A DNA stretch of 64,000 nt, from NCBI GenBank assembly GCA_008690995.1, contig VRMN01000001.1, positions 1,612,001 through 1,676,000 of the forward strand. The letters run 5' to 3'. How positions within the stretch are numbered: the stretch's first letter is position 1; every line of letters starts with the position of its first letter. A program made the translations under genes and the position numbers. The stretch is from Porphyridium purpureum (taxonomy: Eukaryota). Below the pieces are notes generated by a model that was not told the origin of the DNA, ran no database searches, and saw nothing but the letters and a program-made list of their open reading frames with translations. This document shows positions 19,004 through 30,084 of this stretch, piece after piece.

Positions 19004-21565
19004 ATGCAAAAAGTCGTGGCAGTGGCCATTGCGGTCGCGGTCGTTACCGGTGTGGCTCATGCTCACGGAACCTTGGCATTTCCGCCGAGTCGAGCATACT
19101 ACTGCTGGCAGAATCCAGCGGCGGGCGACTGCGGCAAGGTTTCCGAAGCAGTCAAATCGAACTGGATGGAAGTCGGCCAGTATTGTGGGGCGGGCCAGGA
19201 ATGTGCTCCACCCGCAGCAACGCAGCTGTGTTCTGGAAATAAGGAAATCTACTCGGACGTCGAGCGCGTCGATTTACATTGGTACCGCACCGAAATCAAT
19301 CGGACTGGGGAGGTGCGATTCAATTTCTTAACGACTGCAGACCACCTGGGCACGGTCAGCATCTACATGACGACTGATGATGCGCCGCTCGATGTTCCGC
19401 TAGCACCTCAGCACTTGGAATTCATGTGCTCGTATTCTTGGGATGCAGGTACGAACGACGGAAGCAAGCTCAAGACGTTTAGCTGCCCGGTACCCGCGAG
19501 AGTGCGTGACGAACATGTTATTCACGCGGTTTGGGAAGCACAGATTACCGCGAACGAGCTCTTCATGAGCTGTGCTGATGTGCGGCTTGTGGACCATGCG
19601 TTGGCACCTTCTGCTACGCCAGATAAGTACGGCATGGAGCATACGCATGGTGACACGCAGACCGGCTCGTGCAATGCGCAGCAGCTCGCCGCATGCCCAA
19701 GAGGTTGCTTGTGGATTGAGGCGAATGCGTGCTATGCTGAGTGGGACCGCGCCACATGCGAGCGTTACACCGAGCATGGTTATGTCTTTTGCGGAGTGTC
19801 CGCAAGCGACCATGGCGACGCGGTCCCGGTGGAACCTACCTCCACACCTACTACGCCTGTTCCGTCGCCCAGCGAAACGGAGACCGGCTCTATTCCTTCA
19901 CTTGAATGCGGAACCTGCCGCGGATGTCTGTGGCTGGCTGCCGGTCCGGTGGGCTGTTATGCGTGGCAGCAGGCGACGTGCGAATTTCACGCGGAACACG
20001 GGTACATTTGGTGTGGTGGACAAGTCGACCAGCCTGGAGGGCAGAAATCCGAAGAGCCGTCTCCAACTGCTGCGCCAATCTCCAGTTCGAGCCCGAGCCC
20101 GAGCCCGAGCCCAGCTCCAAGTGCCGACCCACTATCCAATAGCGTTTGCGGTAAGTGTGTGGGATGCCTGTGGCTAGAAGCGGGGCAAATTGGATGTTAC
20201 CCATGGCCAAAGACGACGTGTGAGCAGTACGCTGGACATGGGTATCTCTGGTGTGATGGACAACGCGAGGAAGGAGGCGGTCCTTCACAGAGTCCTTCTT
20301 CGCCTCTCACGCCGACGCCGCAACCAGCACCGACAACAACACCAACACCGTCGCTGCCACCAAGTAACGCCCCGGAGCCCGAACCGACGGGCGGCGACTT
20401 ACCCGAGAAGGGTGCTGAAATGAGCTGCTCGGAAGTGCTGGAGAAGCTGAAAAATCTGGACACGAGCAGAATCCTTGTTTCGCAGCAGCCTGACCTCTCA
20501 TACGCTCCGAGCGAGGTGTATGTCTGGCAGGACGGATACAAAGCGATGCTCGACATGTATGAGCAGGGCGTTGGACCACTCAGGCTGTGGCTCGGAGACA
20601 GCAGTGCGCAATGCACGTATGGTCTCGTGAATATCGCCGCGTTCCTGTCGCAGGCGATGAAAGAGACGATCATGTACGACGCGTGCGATGAAAACAATTG
20701 GGACGCGTCCAGCGGCTACGCAGCTAGCAATGCGTGTGGTCAGTTGGGTCAGTCGTACCAAGACTACACATGCGCGCCTAGCGAAGAGCACATGCAGTGC
20801 CAGAATGATCCGACTTTGCGCATCGTTGCAACGACCCACGCCAAGTGGTACGGAGCGCCGGGTCCTCTGTTCTGCGGACCCAAGGAGGAAATTCCGCAGA
20901 GCCCGAAATGGAACTATGGCTCGCCTTGGTGCAGTCGTACGGTCGACTACGGCAAGCCCGTGGAGACGTATTCCGAACTTTGGGAGTATCTGTTTGACTC
21001 GCAAGACATTTGCCGCGATTATGCTGGACAGCAGGCTGGAGGCTGGGAGTTTTGTCCGGGCGGATGCCCGAACGCTCCAGCAACTGCTTTTGGTCGCGCA
21101 GCGCGCACCGACGTCGAAGGGTGTGCATGGTGGGGCCGCGGCATTATTCAGACGACCGGAATCTGCAATTTCGGAAAGCTCAACTATTATCTGGGCGCCC
21201 GCGCGGCACGCGAAGGCCGCGACTCGCTGTACCCCGATATTGACTTTTGCAAGGACCCCGAGGCGGTCTGCAACAGCGCGCGCCATCCAGAGCTCAAGTG
21301 GGTTGCTGGCCTTTTCTACTGGCTTGAGAGCGTGCAGTCGTACAGGAGCACGTTGGGCGACGGCTGGACTTACATGGACGCGCTGAGGCAGTTTGTGGAC
21401 GCCGGCATGCCGTCTCCAGGCGCCGACACAGGCTTTATCCGCAGTGTTTCTGGTATTGTGAACCGTGGATGCCACAACCCGCCGTGCGCCGCGGGCGCAG
21501 TCGATGGCGGCGCGGACCGCGCCCACAACTTTGAGACCGTGCTCTCGGCCATGGGCCTCATCTAA
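19004..21565 (+). CDS. Secreted AA10-type LPMO + three Cys/Trp-rich repeats + GH19-like chitinase
   Basis: 20-aa signal peptide followed by HGTLAFPPSRAYYC (His1), TTADH, FMSCADV. C-terminal NIAAFLSQAMKET, WGRGIIQTTG..NFG, WVAGLFYW, SGIVNRG. TATAAAA at 18865. Confidence 0.85.
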   Translation: MQKVVAVAIAVAVVTGVAHAHGTLAFPPSRAYYCWQNPAAGDCGKVSEAVKSNWMEVGQYCGAGQECAPPAATQLCSGNKEIYSDVERVDLHWYRTEINRTGEVRFNFLTTADHLGTVSIYMTTDDAPLDVPLAPQHLEFMCSYSWDAGTNDGSKLKTFSCPVPARVRDEHVIHAVWEAQITANELFMSCADVRLVDHALAPSATPDKYGMEHTHGDTQTGSCNAQQLAACPRGCLWIEANACYAEWDRATCERYTEHGYVFCGVSASDHGDAVPVEPTSTPTTPVPSPSETETGSIPSLECGTCRGCLWLAAGPVGCYAWQQATCEFHAEHGYIWCGGQVDQPGGQKSEEPSPTAAPISSSSPSPSPSPAPSADPLSNSVCGKCVGCLWLEAGQIGCYPWPKTTCEQYAGHGYLWCDGQREEGGGPSQSPSSPLTPTPQPAPTTTPTPSLPPSNAPEPEPTGGDLPEKGAEMSCSEVLEKLKNLDTSRILVSQQPDLSYAPSEVYVWQDGYKAMLDMYEQGVGPLRLWLGDSSAQCTYGLVNIAAFLSQAMKETIMYDACDENNWDASSGYAASNACGQLGQSYQDYTCAPSEEHMQCQNDPTLRIVATTHAKWYGAPGPLFCGPKEEIPQSPKWNYGSPWCSRTVDYGKPVETYSELWEYLFDSQDICRDYAGQQAGGWEFCPGGCPNAPATAFGRAARTDVEGCAWWGRGIIQTTGICNFGKLNYYLGARAAREGRDSLYPDIDFCKDPEAVCNSARHPELKWVAGLFYWLESVQSYRSTLGDGWTYMDALRQFVDAGMPSPGADTGFIRSVSGIVNRGCHNPPCAAGAVDGGADRAHNFETVLSAMGLI

Positions 21566-21846
21566 GGTCAGGCTTCTTCGTACATTTTAATCCAAATTGG
21601 CCCTCTCTTTGCTGTATCTCAGTGCGTACCGATACGCATCCCGTGACGCTTGCCGTTCTGCATATCTCGAGCATGGATACGACGAAGCGCCTCGAGCGCC
21701 GGCGTGCATTGCATCTCCGTCGACACACACGCCTTGTTCTCAGAATCGCCCGTCTGTGTGTACACTCAAACTTCCCGCCTCTGTCTCACCCGACACACAC
21801 GCCACACCCCAATGCTCCAATAAGCCGCGTTTGCGTTCTACCGGTT

Positions 21847-21882
21847 TATCCGCTTATCCGCTTATCCGCTTATCCGCTTATC
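21847..21882. repeat. Tandem 8-mer (TTATCCGC)x4
   Basis: Read directly; intergenic, upstream of the GH63-like gene. Confidence 0.85.
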
Positions 21883-22440
21883 AGTTCATCGGCCGCGGGG
21901 CGCTGTGTACGTTGTGTTGAGCTGGAGCCGCGTTCCAGCTGGAGGACGCACGCGCTGCTTCTACCAAAACGCCCGCTGCACATCATTTTCGGGGCAGAGG
22001 TACAGTGGTGATGTACAGCTGGTTGGCAGGCGCGACTGATTTCTGACACGTAGCCGCGCTGGTTAATTGTCCGTTGGTGCGTGCGTGCGTGGTTGGCTGG
22101 ACGTTTTTGTGTGCCGCACCAGCTGGAGCAACGTGCAGCGAGCAGCGTGCAGCCAGCGCACTGGAGATATTCGCCCGGCGCGACGCACACAGAGAGAGTA
22201 TATAGATAGGTCGGGTCGATTCTGCTTGCGATCCGGCAGACGCGGCACGGAGAGGAGCGGCGGCACAAGTGAGGTGCAGGTGTGGTGTCTCGAGGAGCCG
22301 GGACGACGCGCGCTTTGTTGTATCGCAGCCAGACGCACGCGTGTAAAGAGGGGAAGGCGGCAACGGCGTTTGTGGGTGGCTGCGTGCTGGTGTCCTCGCG
22401 TCGTGTGGCTGTGGAAACGGTGCAAAGCACAAGGGGCAGC

Positions 22441-25422
22441 ATGGCTGATCTGCCCAACGTCAAGAAGCAGCACCAGCGCCGTCGGTCCATGTTCCAGACA
22501 TGCGATCGGCTCGTCAGGTACCGCTCCTCGCAGGGCTTCAGCGCGATCAAGGGCGGCTCCAGCGCCGATCCAGAGACTCAGCGCTTGCGCGAGGTGCAGG
22601 AGGACTCGGAGTGGAAGTTCTTCGGGCCGTACCTTCCGGAGCGCCAGTGGGGCTCCGTGCGCGAAGACTACTCGGCGAGCGGCGACGCATGGGGATCTTT
22701 CCCGCACGAGCATGCTCGCGCGCGCGCCTTTCGCTGGGGCGACGACGGCCTCTTTGGGCTGACAGACGAGGAGGCGCGCTTGTGCGTCTCGTTTGCCATG
22801 TGGAACGGAAAGGACCACATTCTCAAGGAGCGCCTGTTCGGCCTCACGAATCCAGAGGGAAACCACGGTGAGGATGTCAAGGAGCTCTACTATTACGTCG
22901 ATTCGTCCCCGACGCATTCCTACATGCACGGCTTGATCAAGTACCCGCAGCAAGAGTACCCGTACGCAGAGCTGGTGCGCATGAACGGGGAGCGTGGCTG
23001 TACGGATTCCGAGTATGAGATTACGGACACGTCCGTTTTCAAGGGTTCGGACTACTGGGACGTTCATGTCAAGTATGCCAAGTTTGCCGAGCACGACATA
23101 CTGATGGAAATCACGGCCCAGAACATGAATGAAACGGATGAGGCCGAGCTGCACATGATGCCGCAGATCTGGTTCCGCAACACGTGGTCCTGGGGCATGC
23201 GCCGAGGTGCGTACGAAAAAAACAGTAACGACCGCCCGGACAAGCCGCAGCTTTCTGAGCTGTCCAGTGACTCGGACCCCATCAAGGTGATCGACGTGCA
23301 GCACGATGAATTGCCGTGCGAATATAAGTTCGTGGCCGCGCCGGCCGAGGTCAATGGCCGCGAGGTGGGGGACAAGCCCGTTTGCTACTTTACCGAAAAC
23401 GAGACGAACAAGCCGTTGCTCTTTGGCTCCCAGCCCAAAGATGGAGAAGGCCCGTATTACAAGGACGCGTTTCATCGCAAGGTGGTGAATGGTCAGGAGG
23501 ATGCCGTGAATCCGAAGAAGACTGGAACCAAAGCGTGCGTGTACTACAAGGTGCGCGTCCCGGCAAAGGGAACGGCCGTGTTCCGGCTTCGCCTGCGTGG
23601 CATTGACGCAGAGGATGGGGACGAAGAATCACCTGAACACATGCTCGTTCCCAAGCTGTTTGACGCCGTGGTCGAGCAGCGCAAGCAAGAAACGGACGAG
23701 TACTACTCCAGCCTTTTCCTCTTTGACATTGCGCCCGAGCGCATGCAAATCCTTCGGCAGGCGTATGCCGGGCTCTTGTGGAGCAAGAAGTTTTACTTTT
23801 ATGTGGTCGAGGACTGGCTCAACGGCGACACCAAGGGCTCAAAGCCGCCCGAGTCACGCCTGACGGGTCGTAACAGCGGGTGGTCCCACATGTACGCCGC
23901 CGATATTATCAGCATGTGCGACGCCTGGGAGTACGTCTTCTTCGCAACGTGGGACCTCGCGTTTCACACGATCCCACTGTCAGCCATCGATCCGGACTTT
24001 GCCAAGTCGCAGCTGCGTCTCTTTCTCGACGATCGATACATGCGCCCAGACGGCGCCATGCCGGCATATGACTGGAACTTTAGCGATCTGAATCCACCTG
24101 TGCACCCAGTTGCGGTGATGCGCACGTACAAGAAGACGCGCTTGAGCGACGGGAAGCGAGACTTAAACTTTCTCAAGGTGTGCTTCGCCAAGCTCACCAT
24201 GAACTTTCTCTGGTGGGTCAACCGGGAGGACCCGGACGGCGTGGGGCTCTTTGCCGGTGGGTTCTTGGGACTGGATAACTGCTCCATCTTTGACCGCAGC
24301 GCGGAAGTGCCCGGAGGCGGCACAATGTACCAATCGGACGGCAGCGCGTGGATGGGCCTCTATTGCGTGTGCATGCTCGACATGGCCATCGAGCTTGCTG
24401 TGCACGACAGCTCATACGAAGAGATATGCGGCTTCTTTTTGCAGCACTTCATCTTCATCTGCGAGAGCATGAACTCGGGTGCCAACGACGCAATGGGCTT
24501 GTGGGATGAGGAAACGGGCTTCTACTACGATGGCTTGGTCACAAGCAGTGGCGAAAAGATTCCAATCAAGCTGAGGTCCATGGTCGGCCTGATTCCCCTG
24601 TACGCCAACCTGACAATTGAGTCGGACGTGCTGCGCCGCCTACCGGCTTTCCGCAAGCGTCTGAACTGGTTTCTTAAGAACCGCCCAGCATTTAGGGAGA
24701 ATATGACCTTCATGGTTCCTGGAGAGACCGGCCACTCCAAGATCGTGGCGGGAGAGGACCTGGAAGATCTCATCGAGTCCAGCGACGATAAGAGCGGCAT
24801 TGCGCACCCATTCCTTCTTTCCATCGCATCTGAGACGCACCTCCGCCGCATCCTCGAGCATATGCTCAGCGAAAATGAGTTCCTGGCGCCCTTTGGAATC
24901 CGCACACTCTCGCGCGAGTATGAGAAGAATCCATTCAGGTTCACGACACAGGACGGCGTCGAGCGCGTCGTCAAGTACCTTCCGGCAGAGAGCGACAGTG
25001 GGATGTTCGGGGGCAATTCGTCGTGGAGAGGTAGTATTTGGTTGCCTGTGAGCCTCATGATTGTTGAGTCGCTCAAACGCCTCTACTACTTTTATGGCAA
25101 GCGATTCAAGGTTGACTTTCCGACAGGCAGTGGAAACCAACTTACATTGGGCCAGGTCGCGAACGAAATCGTCCGGCGCATGGAAAAGATGTTCCTGGTG
25201 GATCCAGAAACCGGTCTTCGCCCTCTGCATGGGAATGAGGCGCACATGTACAAGGACAAAGGCTGGAATGACCTCATCCTGTACTACGAGTACTTCAACC
25301 CGGAGACAGGGCGCGGTGTGGGCGCTTCGCATCAGACTGGCTGGACCGCTTGCATTTCCACGCTGCTCCTTGACCTCGCCGAGGCCGAGAGTGTTCCGGA
25401 TGGATACGAGAAGGTCGATTAG
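22441..25422 (+). CDS. GH63/MGH1-like glycoside hydrolase (long, yeast YMR196W-like family)
   Basis: WKFFGPYLPERQWGSVREDYS, EGNHGEDVKELYY, WDLAFH, FGGNSSWRG, YYEYF, GVGASHQTGWT. Start chosen at the first ATG in the ORF. Confidence 0.85.
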   Translation: MADLPNVKKQHQRRRSMFQTCDRLVRYRSSQGFSAIKGGSSADPETQRLREVQEDSEWKFFGPYLPERQWGSVREDYSASGDAWGSFPHEHARARAFRWGDDGLFGLTDEEARLCVSFAMWNGKDHILKERLFGLTNPEGNHGEDVKELYYYVDSSPTHSYMHGLIKYPQQEYPYAELVRMNGERGCTDSEYEITDTSVFKGSDYWDVHVKYAKFAEHDILMEITAQNMNETDEAELHMMPQIWFRNTWSWGMRRGAYEKNSNDRPDKPQLSELSSDSDPIKVIDVQHDELPCEYKFVAAPAEVNGREVGDKPVCYFTENETNKPLLFGSQPKDGEGPYYKDAFHRKVVNGQEDAVNPKKTGTKACVYYKVRVPAKGTAVFRLRLRGIDAEDGDEESPEHMLVPKLFDAVVEQRKQETDEYYSSLFLFDIAPERMQILRQAYAGLLWSKKFYFYVVEDWLNGDTKGSKPPESRLTGRNSGWSHMYAADIISMCDAWEYVFFATWDLAFHTIPLSAIDPDFAKSQLRLFLDDRYMRPDGAMPAYDWNFSDLNPPVHPVAVMRTYKKTRLSDGKRDLNFLKVCFAKLTMNFLWWVNREDPDGVGLFAGGFLGLDNCSIFDRSAEVPGGGTMYQSDGSAWMGLYCVCMLDMAIELAVHDSSYEEICGFFLQHFIFICESMNSGANDAMGLWDEETGFYYDGLVTSSGEKIPIKLRSMVGLIPLYANLTIESDVLRRLPAFRKRLNWFLKNRPAFRENMTFMVPGETGHSKIVAGEDLEDLIESSDDKSGIAHPFLLSIASETHLRRILEHMLSENEFLAPFGIRTLSREYEKNPFRFTTQDGVERVVKYLPAESDSGMFGGNSSWRGSIWLPVSLMIVESLKRLYYFYGKRFKVDFPTGSGNQLTLGQVANEIVRRMEKMFLVDPETGLRPLHGNEAHMYKDKGWNDLILYYEYFNPETGRGVGASHQTGWTACISTLLLDLAEAESVPDGYEKVD

Positions 25423-25548
25423 TTCCGAAAATTTGTTTCCTTGCTTTGGCCCGCAGGCCCCTGCTGAGGCTTGCATCATTGTCGACACATGAGGCTGATG
25501 TGGATCATTTGAACTTCACCAAAACACCCCATGTCGCCCGTCATTACT

Positions 25549-28500
25549 TTATACTAAAGGTGTTTTTTCGTCGCGACGCTTGCGTGGACTTCCGTATTGC
25601 CCTGCGAAATTGAATCTGGGAATCTCCACCAATGTGTGAACATTGGAGCGGTCCGACAGGCACCGTCCAGTGACTTTGTCGGAACGGTTTTGCGCAGCAA
25701 ATAAAGGGTCATGTCTGCAAGAAGCTCGAAAAGCTCTTGCTATGGCAAATGGAGCGTGCATTCGCCTAGCTTAGGACTAAAATTTGACCAACACTGAGCA
25801 CTCTCCGACGGCGCGAGTTCTGTTTGTGTACAAGCTCGGTTTTATGGCTAGATGCGCGAGTAAGACACATGTCGCTCCTACTTTGCTCGAGCTAGAGAAG
25901 AAAGGGCGAAGCTTGGTTAAGATACAAAGAACCCGAACATTGTGTTTCCTGCAGGCCAAGGCTCTTAGCGGCATTGGCCGGACGAGCAAAATTCCGTACC
26001 CAAGGTGAGCCGTCCTCCACCTATGATTCTGATGCCCCTCCCCCAAAAAGAAGTTGATCTATAGCCTGGGCTGCCAAACTGATTTAAGCTGTCCTTCCGC
26101 GTCGAAATACGGCCAGTTGCTGGTGAAAAATAGCACTACAGTATCCTCGTTGGTCATGCGTCAGCCTGTGCTGCCGCCCAGCTCATCCGACGCTGCCTTG
26201 AGAAGTTCGAAGTAAATCAATCTCGAATTAGCGCTTGGAAGATACGTGTGGCGTTTTGACGGTGCCGATGCTGTCACGCCACGCATCAGGAAAGCCACAG
26301 TCCCAATAACACTATTCCCACCGCACTTTAGAATAATCTTTCACCCCGGTGGGATCTCGTTTCATCCCCATTGCTCACCAACAGGATGAAGGCGGAAAGC
26401 TCTCGGAACCCGCCAGCTTCCCAGCAACCTTGGCATTCATTTCTACATTGAGCGCCTTCTCGAGCAATAACGTCTCACCCGCTTTCGCAGATGCTCACAT
26501 TGGTGTTCAGCATGAGTGAATAGGAACATGTCAAGGTGGAGTGCAACGAAGCTGCTTTTCGAAACAGTGCACATGCCCGTCAGCGACAGAATGGCAATCT
26601 AGGCGTGAAAAGCACACATCACGCCATGAACGTTTTTGGGTAACAACTGGGCCTGACCTCTTTCGTTCCCCACGAATCAAGGCAACCTTTCATTCGATCA
26701 AGGGATGCTCTAGAAATCCCTTTAAAGCCGCGTTTGGGAGCGCGGACGTTAGTATTACTTGTGACCCACGAAGTATATCCGGCAACCTTTGATCATTTAG
26801 CCGCTCATGCAAACACTTCCTGCTTTGGCACAGTTTGCACGATCACACATCTGATCACAATCGAGCTTCGTGCATTACTGCGGCTTTCGTAGAGCGCCAG
26901 CTCTGCCTGCGTAGCTTTTCACTCGCTCCAGGCCCGTTGCGCTAATGCCTTTGTTGCTAGCACTTGCGATAATTCGCAAGATTCTTCTTCGTCTGCTAGA
27001 GTCCGATTCTGGCCTGCTTCGCCAGTTCCCCCACGTCGACCAACGAAAAGTGTGGGAACCCAGATGCTCAATCATCCAGTCGTGCAGAATTCTGTGTGCT
27101 AAATTGGACAGGTTCTTCCATGACGGTGCGACGGCAGCTTCGGCATGGTGCGCCCTTTGCTCTACCTGTTCCAGAGCAAATATTATCATCTCGTTTGGCG
27201 CCTCCCGACGCACCCAGCGTGATTGCTTAGCGCTGCAGGCGTCACGAGCGTGTCTTCCCCGCCAACACAGTCACTGAGCCTGCTGGCGCGCACAACCTTA
27301 CGCACAGGTTGGCCAGCGTGGGCGCTTCGTGCGTGGTTGTGTCCACGAATAAGGAATGCTTGCGTTCACGTTTGCTCTGCAAGTTGGCAAGCTTAGAAGG
27401 TTGCCTGCGAAACGCAAGCTTTCAGGGAAAAACACGGTCAAGCACTTGACGATGTGCTGTATGCTCTGCCCAAACGTCGGGCTGTTGCTCATTTGGCACG
27501 GGGATGCTTTTGACAGTCCAAGAACCAGCAGCTACGTGCCCACTCTCGGATGCAGAACCACCTTCAGCACTTGCTCATACTTCACTACTTTGGTTGCATG
27601 CTACAACTTCTGATGTTCGCCGTGGTCCACAGCGTTTGTTGAATGGTATTCAGACGCACGATGCACCGGCACACTCGAGATCAAACTTGACGCTCAAGTG
27701 CTCGTCCATCTACGACCTTTTTCGCGAAAAAAACGCGCCGCGCTCGGGCTCGGGCTTTAGCCCGAGTGCACGCTTACGCTCTAATATAGGCGGACTAGGC
27801 GCCAAATCGTAGTCTTCGCGGCGCTCCGCGTCGTCAATTTTGACCCAATACATGCACTATTGAAGGAAGATTCAACGGAATTCGGTCGTGCCAAACTGCC
27901 ACTACATATTCTGGGTCTCGGACTGTGGCCTCTTTCTGCCGTTGCGTGGTGACTCTGCTCAAGCTAAACTCGTAAGCGTACTCCGCATTGCAACGAAAAT
28001 GCAGACACTCATATTCTTGTGCTCTTGTCGTTTCTTGTGTTTTCGCACATGCACTAGCGAATGGTTCCCTTTTCTTTTCTCGTGGAATAAGTTCAGCGAC
28101 CCTTTGCAGGACTCGGTAAACCACAGCCGAATCTTCAATCATCACGGGCGTCTCTGCGCGCATTTATCTAGTCAAGCGTGTCATTCCATGCGTGTCATAT
28201 ATTCTCGAGCTTATTGGTCGCACTCCATTTTTTTCCCAGAGAGGAAAAGTTGGACGTTTTCCAATGTTCTGTGCAAAAATGCAGATTGTACAACTCCATC
28301 AGAAGACAAAAGAGGCTTTGCCGACGCACATCGGGCAGCATCTATCGCAGTGTATGGTCGCGCTGCCTCTGGCAAGCAATGGGGGAGCATCGAGTATCAC
28401 CTCAGCCGAGTGGCCGTTCACGTGCTTTAGGCCAATCTGATATGTCCCCAACCAAACTCACTGCAGAGGGCGGAATTTGAGTCCTGAACTGAACGCGATG

Positions 28501-28773
28501 GGCATTTCCGACTCTGCCATCCCAACTCTACCAGGAATGGAGCAGATGTTTGCTGATCTCCGTGAAAACCCGAGCCAAAGCGTGCCAACCATGATGCCAG
28601 GCGTCCATCTTCATAAAACCGCGGTCCGTGGACACCTCGCGCACAGATTCCGCCTCTCTTTCAGAGTCGTCATGGTCGCCAGTTGTCAGGCCACATTGCA
28701 GCCAGCGTTCACGCAAGCGGTGACTGATTCTCTCCCGCACCGCGGCATCGACCCGCGTCGACCTTGCGCGCAC
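25549..28773 (-). pseudogene. Probable decayed large gene of unknown identity
   Basis: Five of six minus-strand ORF fragments share one frame (starts 25761, 26046, 27213, 27492, 28773). Protein-like translation continues between scattered stops. Confidence 0.35.
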
Positions 28774-28977
28774 TGCCGACCTGTTTCGAGGCCGTTCGGT
28801 CCCGGCTGTTCTTTAACATCTGATGGTGATAAAATAACATGAATAATAATATTATTTAAGATTGGTGGGGCCGCTGTCACGCGCGCTGGTGGCCAGAAGC
28901 GATTGTCCGTGCGAAAGAACGCGGTGCGAGGCGGCAGTCGAGACGCGGGACAGCGCGCGCGGACGAGACTGGCAAGC

Positions 28978-30084
28978 ATGAGCGGCAGCGAGAGGATGTT
29001 TGTGCAGAGCCTGCTGCGGGCATGCGGGGGCCGGTACCCTCGCGAGAACGAGGCGCACATCGCCCAAGAGGTGGCGAGTTTCCTCGTCGAGGCGCCCACC
29101 ATCAGCTGCATGGTCGACACTTACCCGCAGCCGGCAGCGAACGGCGTCCGTCCCATACTACTGGTGCTGCATGGAACCGTGCCGATTGTGTTTAATCAGT
29201 CTACTTACCACATCCCAATCAAGATATGGCTCACCGAGTATTATCCCGATTACAAGCCGCTCGTGTTTGTGACCCCGACAAGCACCATGCAAGTCAAGTC
29301 GGGCCACCCACACGTGGATCCGACTGGATTCGTGACCATGCCATACGTGCACGGATGGAGTGCGCGGGAATCTTCGCTATCTGGCATGTTCAAGGAACTG
29401 GTGGAGCAGTTTTCCAGGATTCCCCCGGTGTACGCGAGGCAATCGGTCAGGCCAAGCAACGGCCCAACTACCAACTCGGCCCCAACGGGCTTGTACGATT
29501 CTCAGACCTCTATGCAGGACATGAACAATAACTTTACTGGATCGGCGTTCCCCTACAGTTCTGACCCGGGCGCGCAGAAGCGGGAAGCCTTGCAGAATGA
29601 CGTTCAGCGCAAGCTGCAATTTTACTTTGGGGAAATGCGCAAAGAGCACGAAGCGACTCTCGAGGAGAACTCGCAGGAAATCGAGCAGCTGAATGCGGAG
29701 ATCTCGTCCCTCCAGTCGCAGTCAAGCTCGGCTCAAAGGATCTGCATCAAACGCGAGCAAGAAGTCGTGGTGCTGCGGAAGGAAAAGGAGAATTTGGAGA
29801 AATTTGTGGCAGAGAATTCTGCTGATGATCCAGACTCGACTTTGGGTGTCTTTCAGGATGTGCAGGCGCGCCAAATCATGCAGAGCATTGCAGACGATCT
29901 TGGGCTTCAGGATGCTCTACATACGTTGGAGGAAGCTTTGGAGGCACACATTATTGATCTGCCTGTCTTCTTGACCGAAGTGCGGCGGCTCAGTCGCGAG
30001 CAGTATCGCGCACGCGCGCTCATTCGTAAAATTCGACTGATGCAAGTACAGGCAACTGCGCCGCCTGGCGGCGCTCGGTCGTGA
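28978..30084 (+). CDS. VPS23: ESCRT-I subunit TSG101/Vps23
   Basis: UEV domain (GTVPI..Y.IPI.IWL..YP...P.VFV.PT, HPHVD..G...PY..W), coiled coil, and C-terminal core FL..VR.LSREQ. Confidence 0.92.
   Translation: MSGSERMFVQSLLRACGGRYPRENEAHIAQEVASFLVEAPTISCMVDTYPQPAANGVRPILLVLHGTVPIVFNQSTYHIPIKIWLTEYYPDYKPLVFVTPTSTMQVKSGHPHVDPTGFVTMPYVHGWSARESSLSGMFKELVEQFSRIPPVYARQSVRPSNGPTTNSAPTGLYDSQTSMQDMNNNFTGSAFPYSSDPGAQKREALQNDVQRKLQFYFGEMRKEHEATLEENSQEIEQLNAEISSLQSQSSSAQRICIKREQEVVVLRKEKENLEKFVAENSADDPDSTLGVFQDVQARQIMQSIADDLGLQDALHTLEEALEAHIIDLPVFLTEVRRLSREQYRARALIRKIRLMQVQATAPPGGARS

Noticed and set aside
22063..23475. Long antisense ORFs (also 20498-21526, 37679-38638 and 56905-57816)
   Set aside because: They are shadows of GC-rich coding sequence on the opposite strand.
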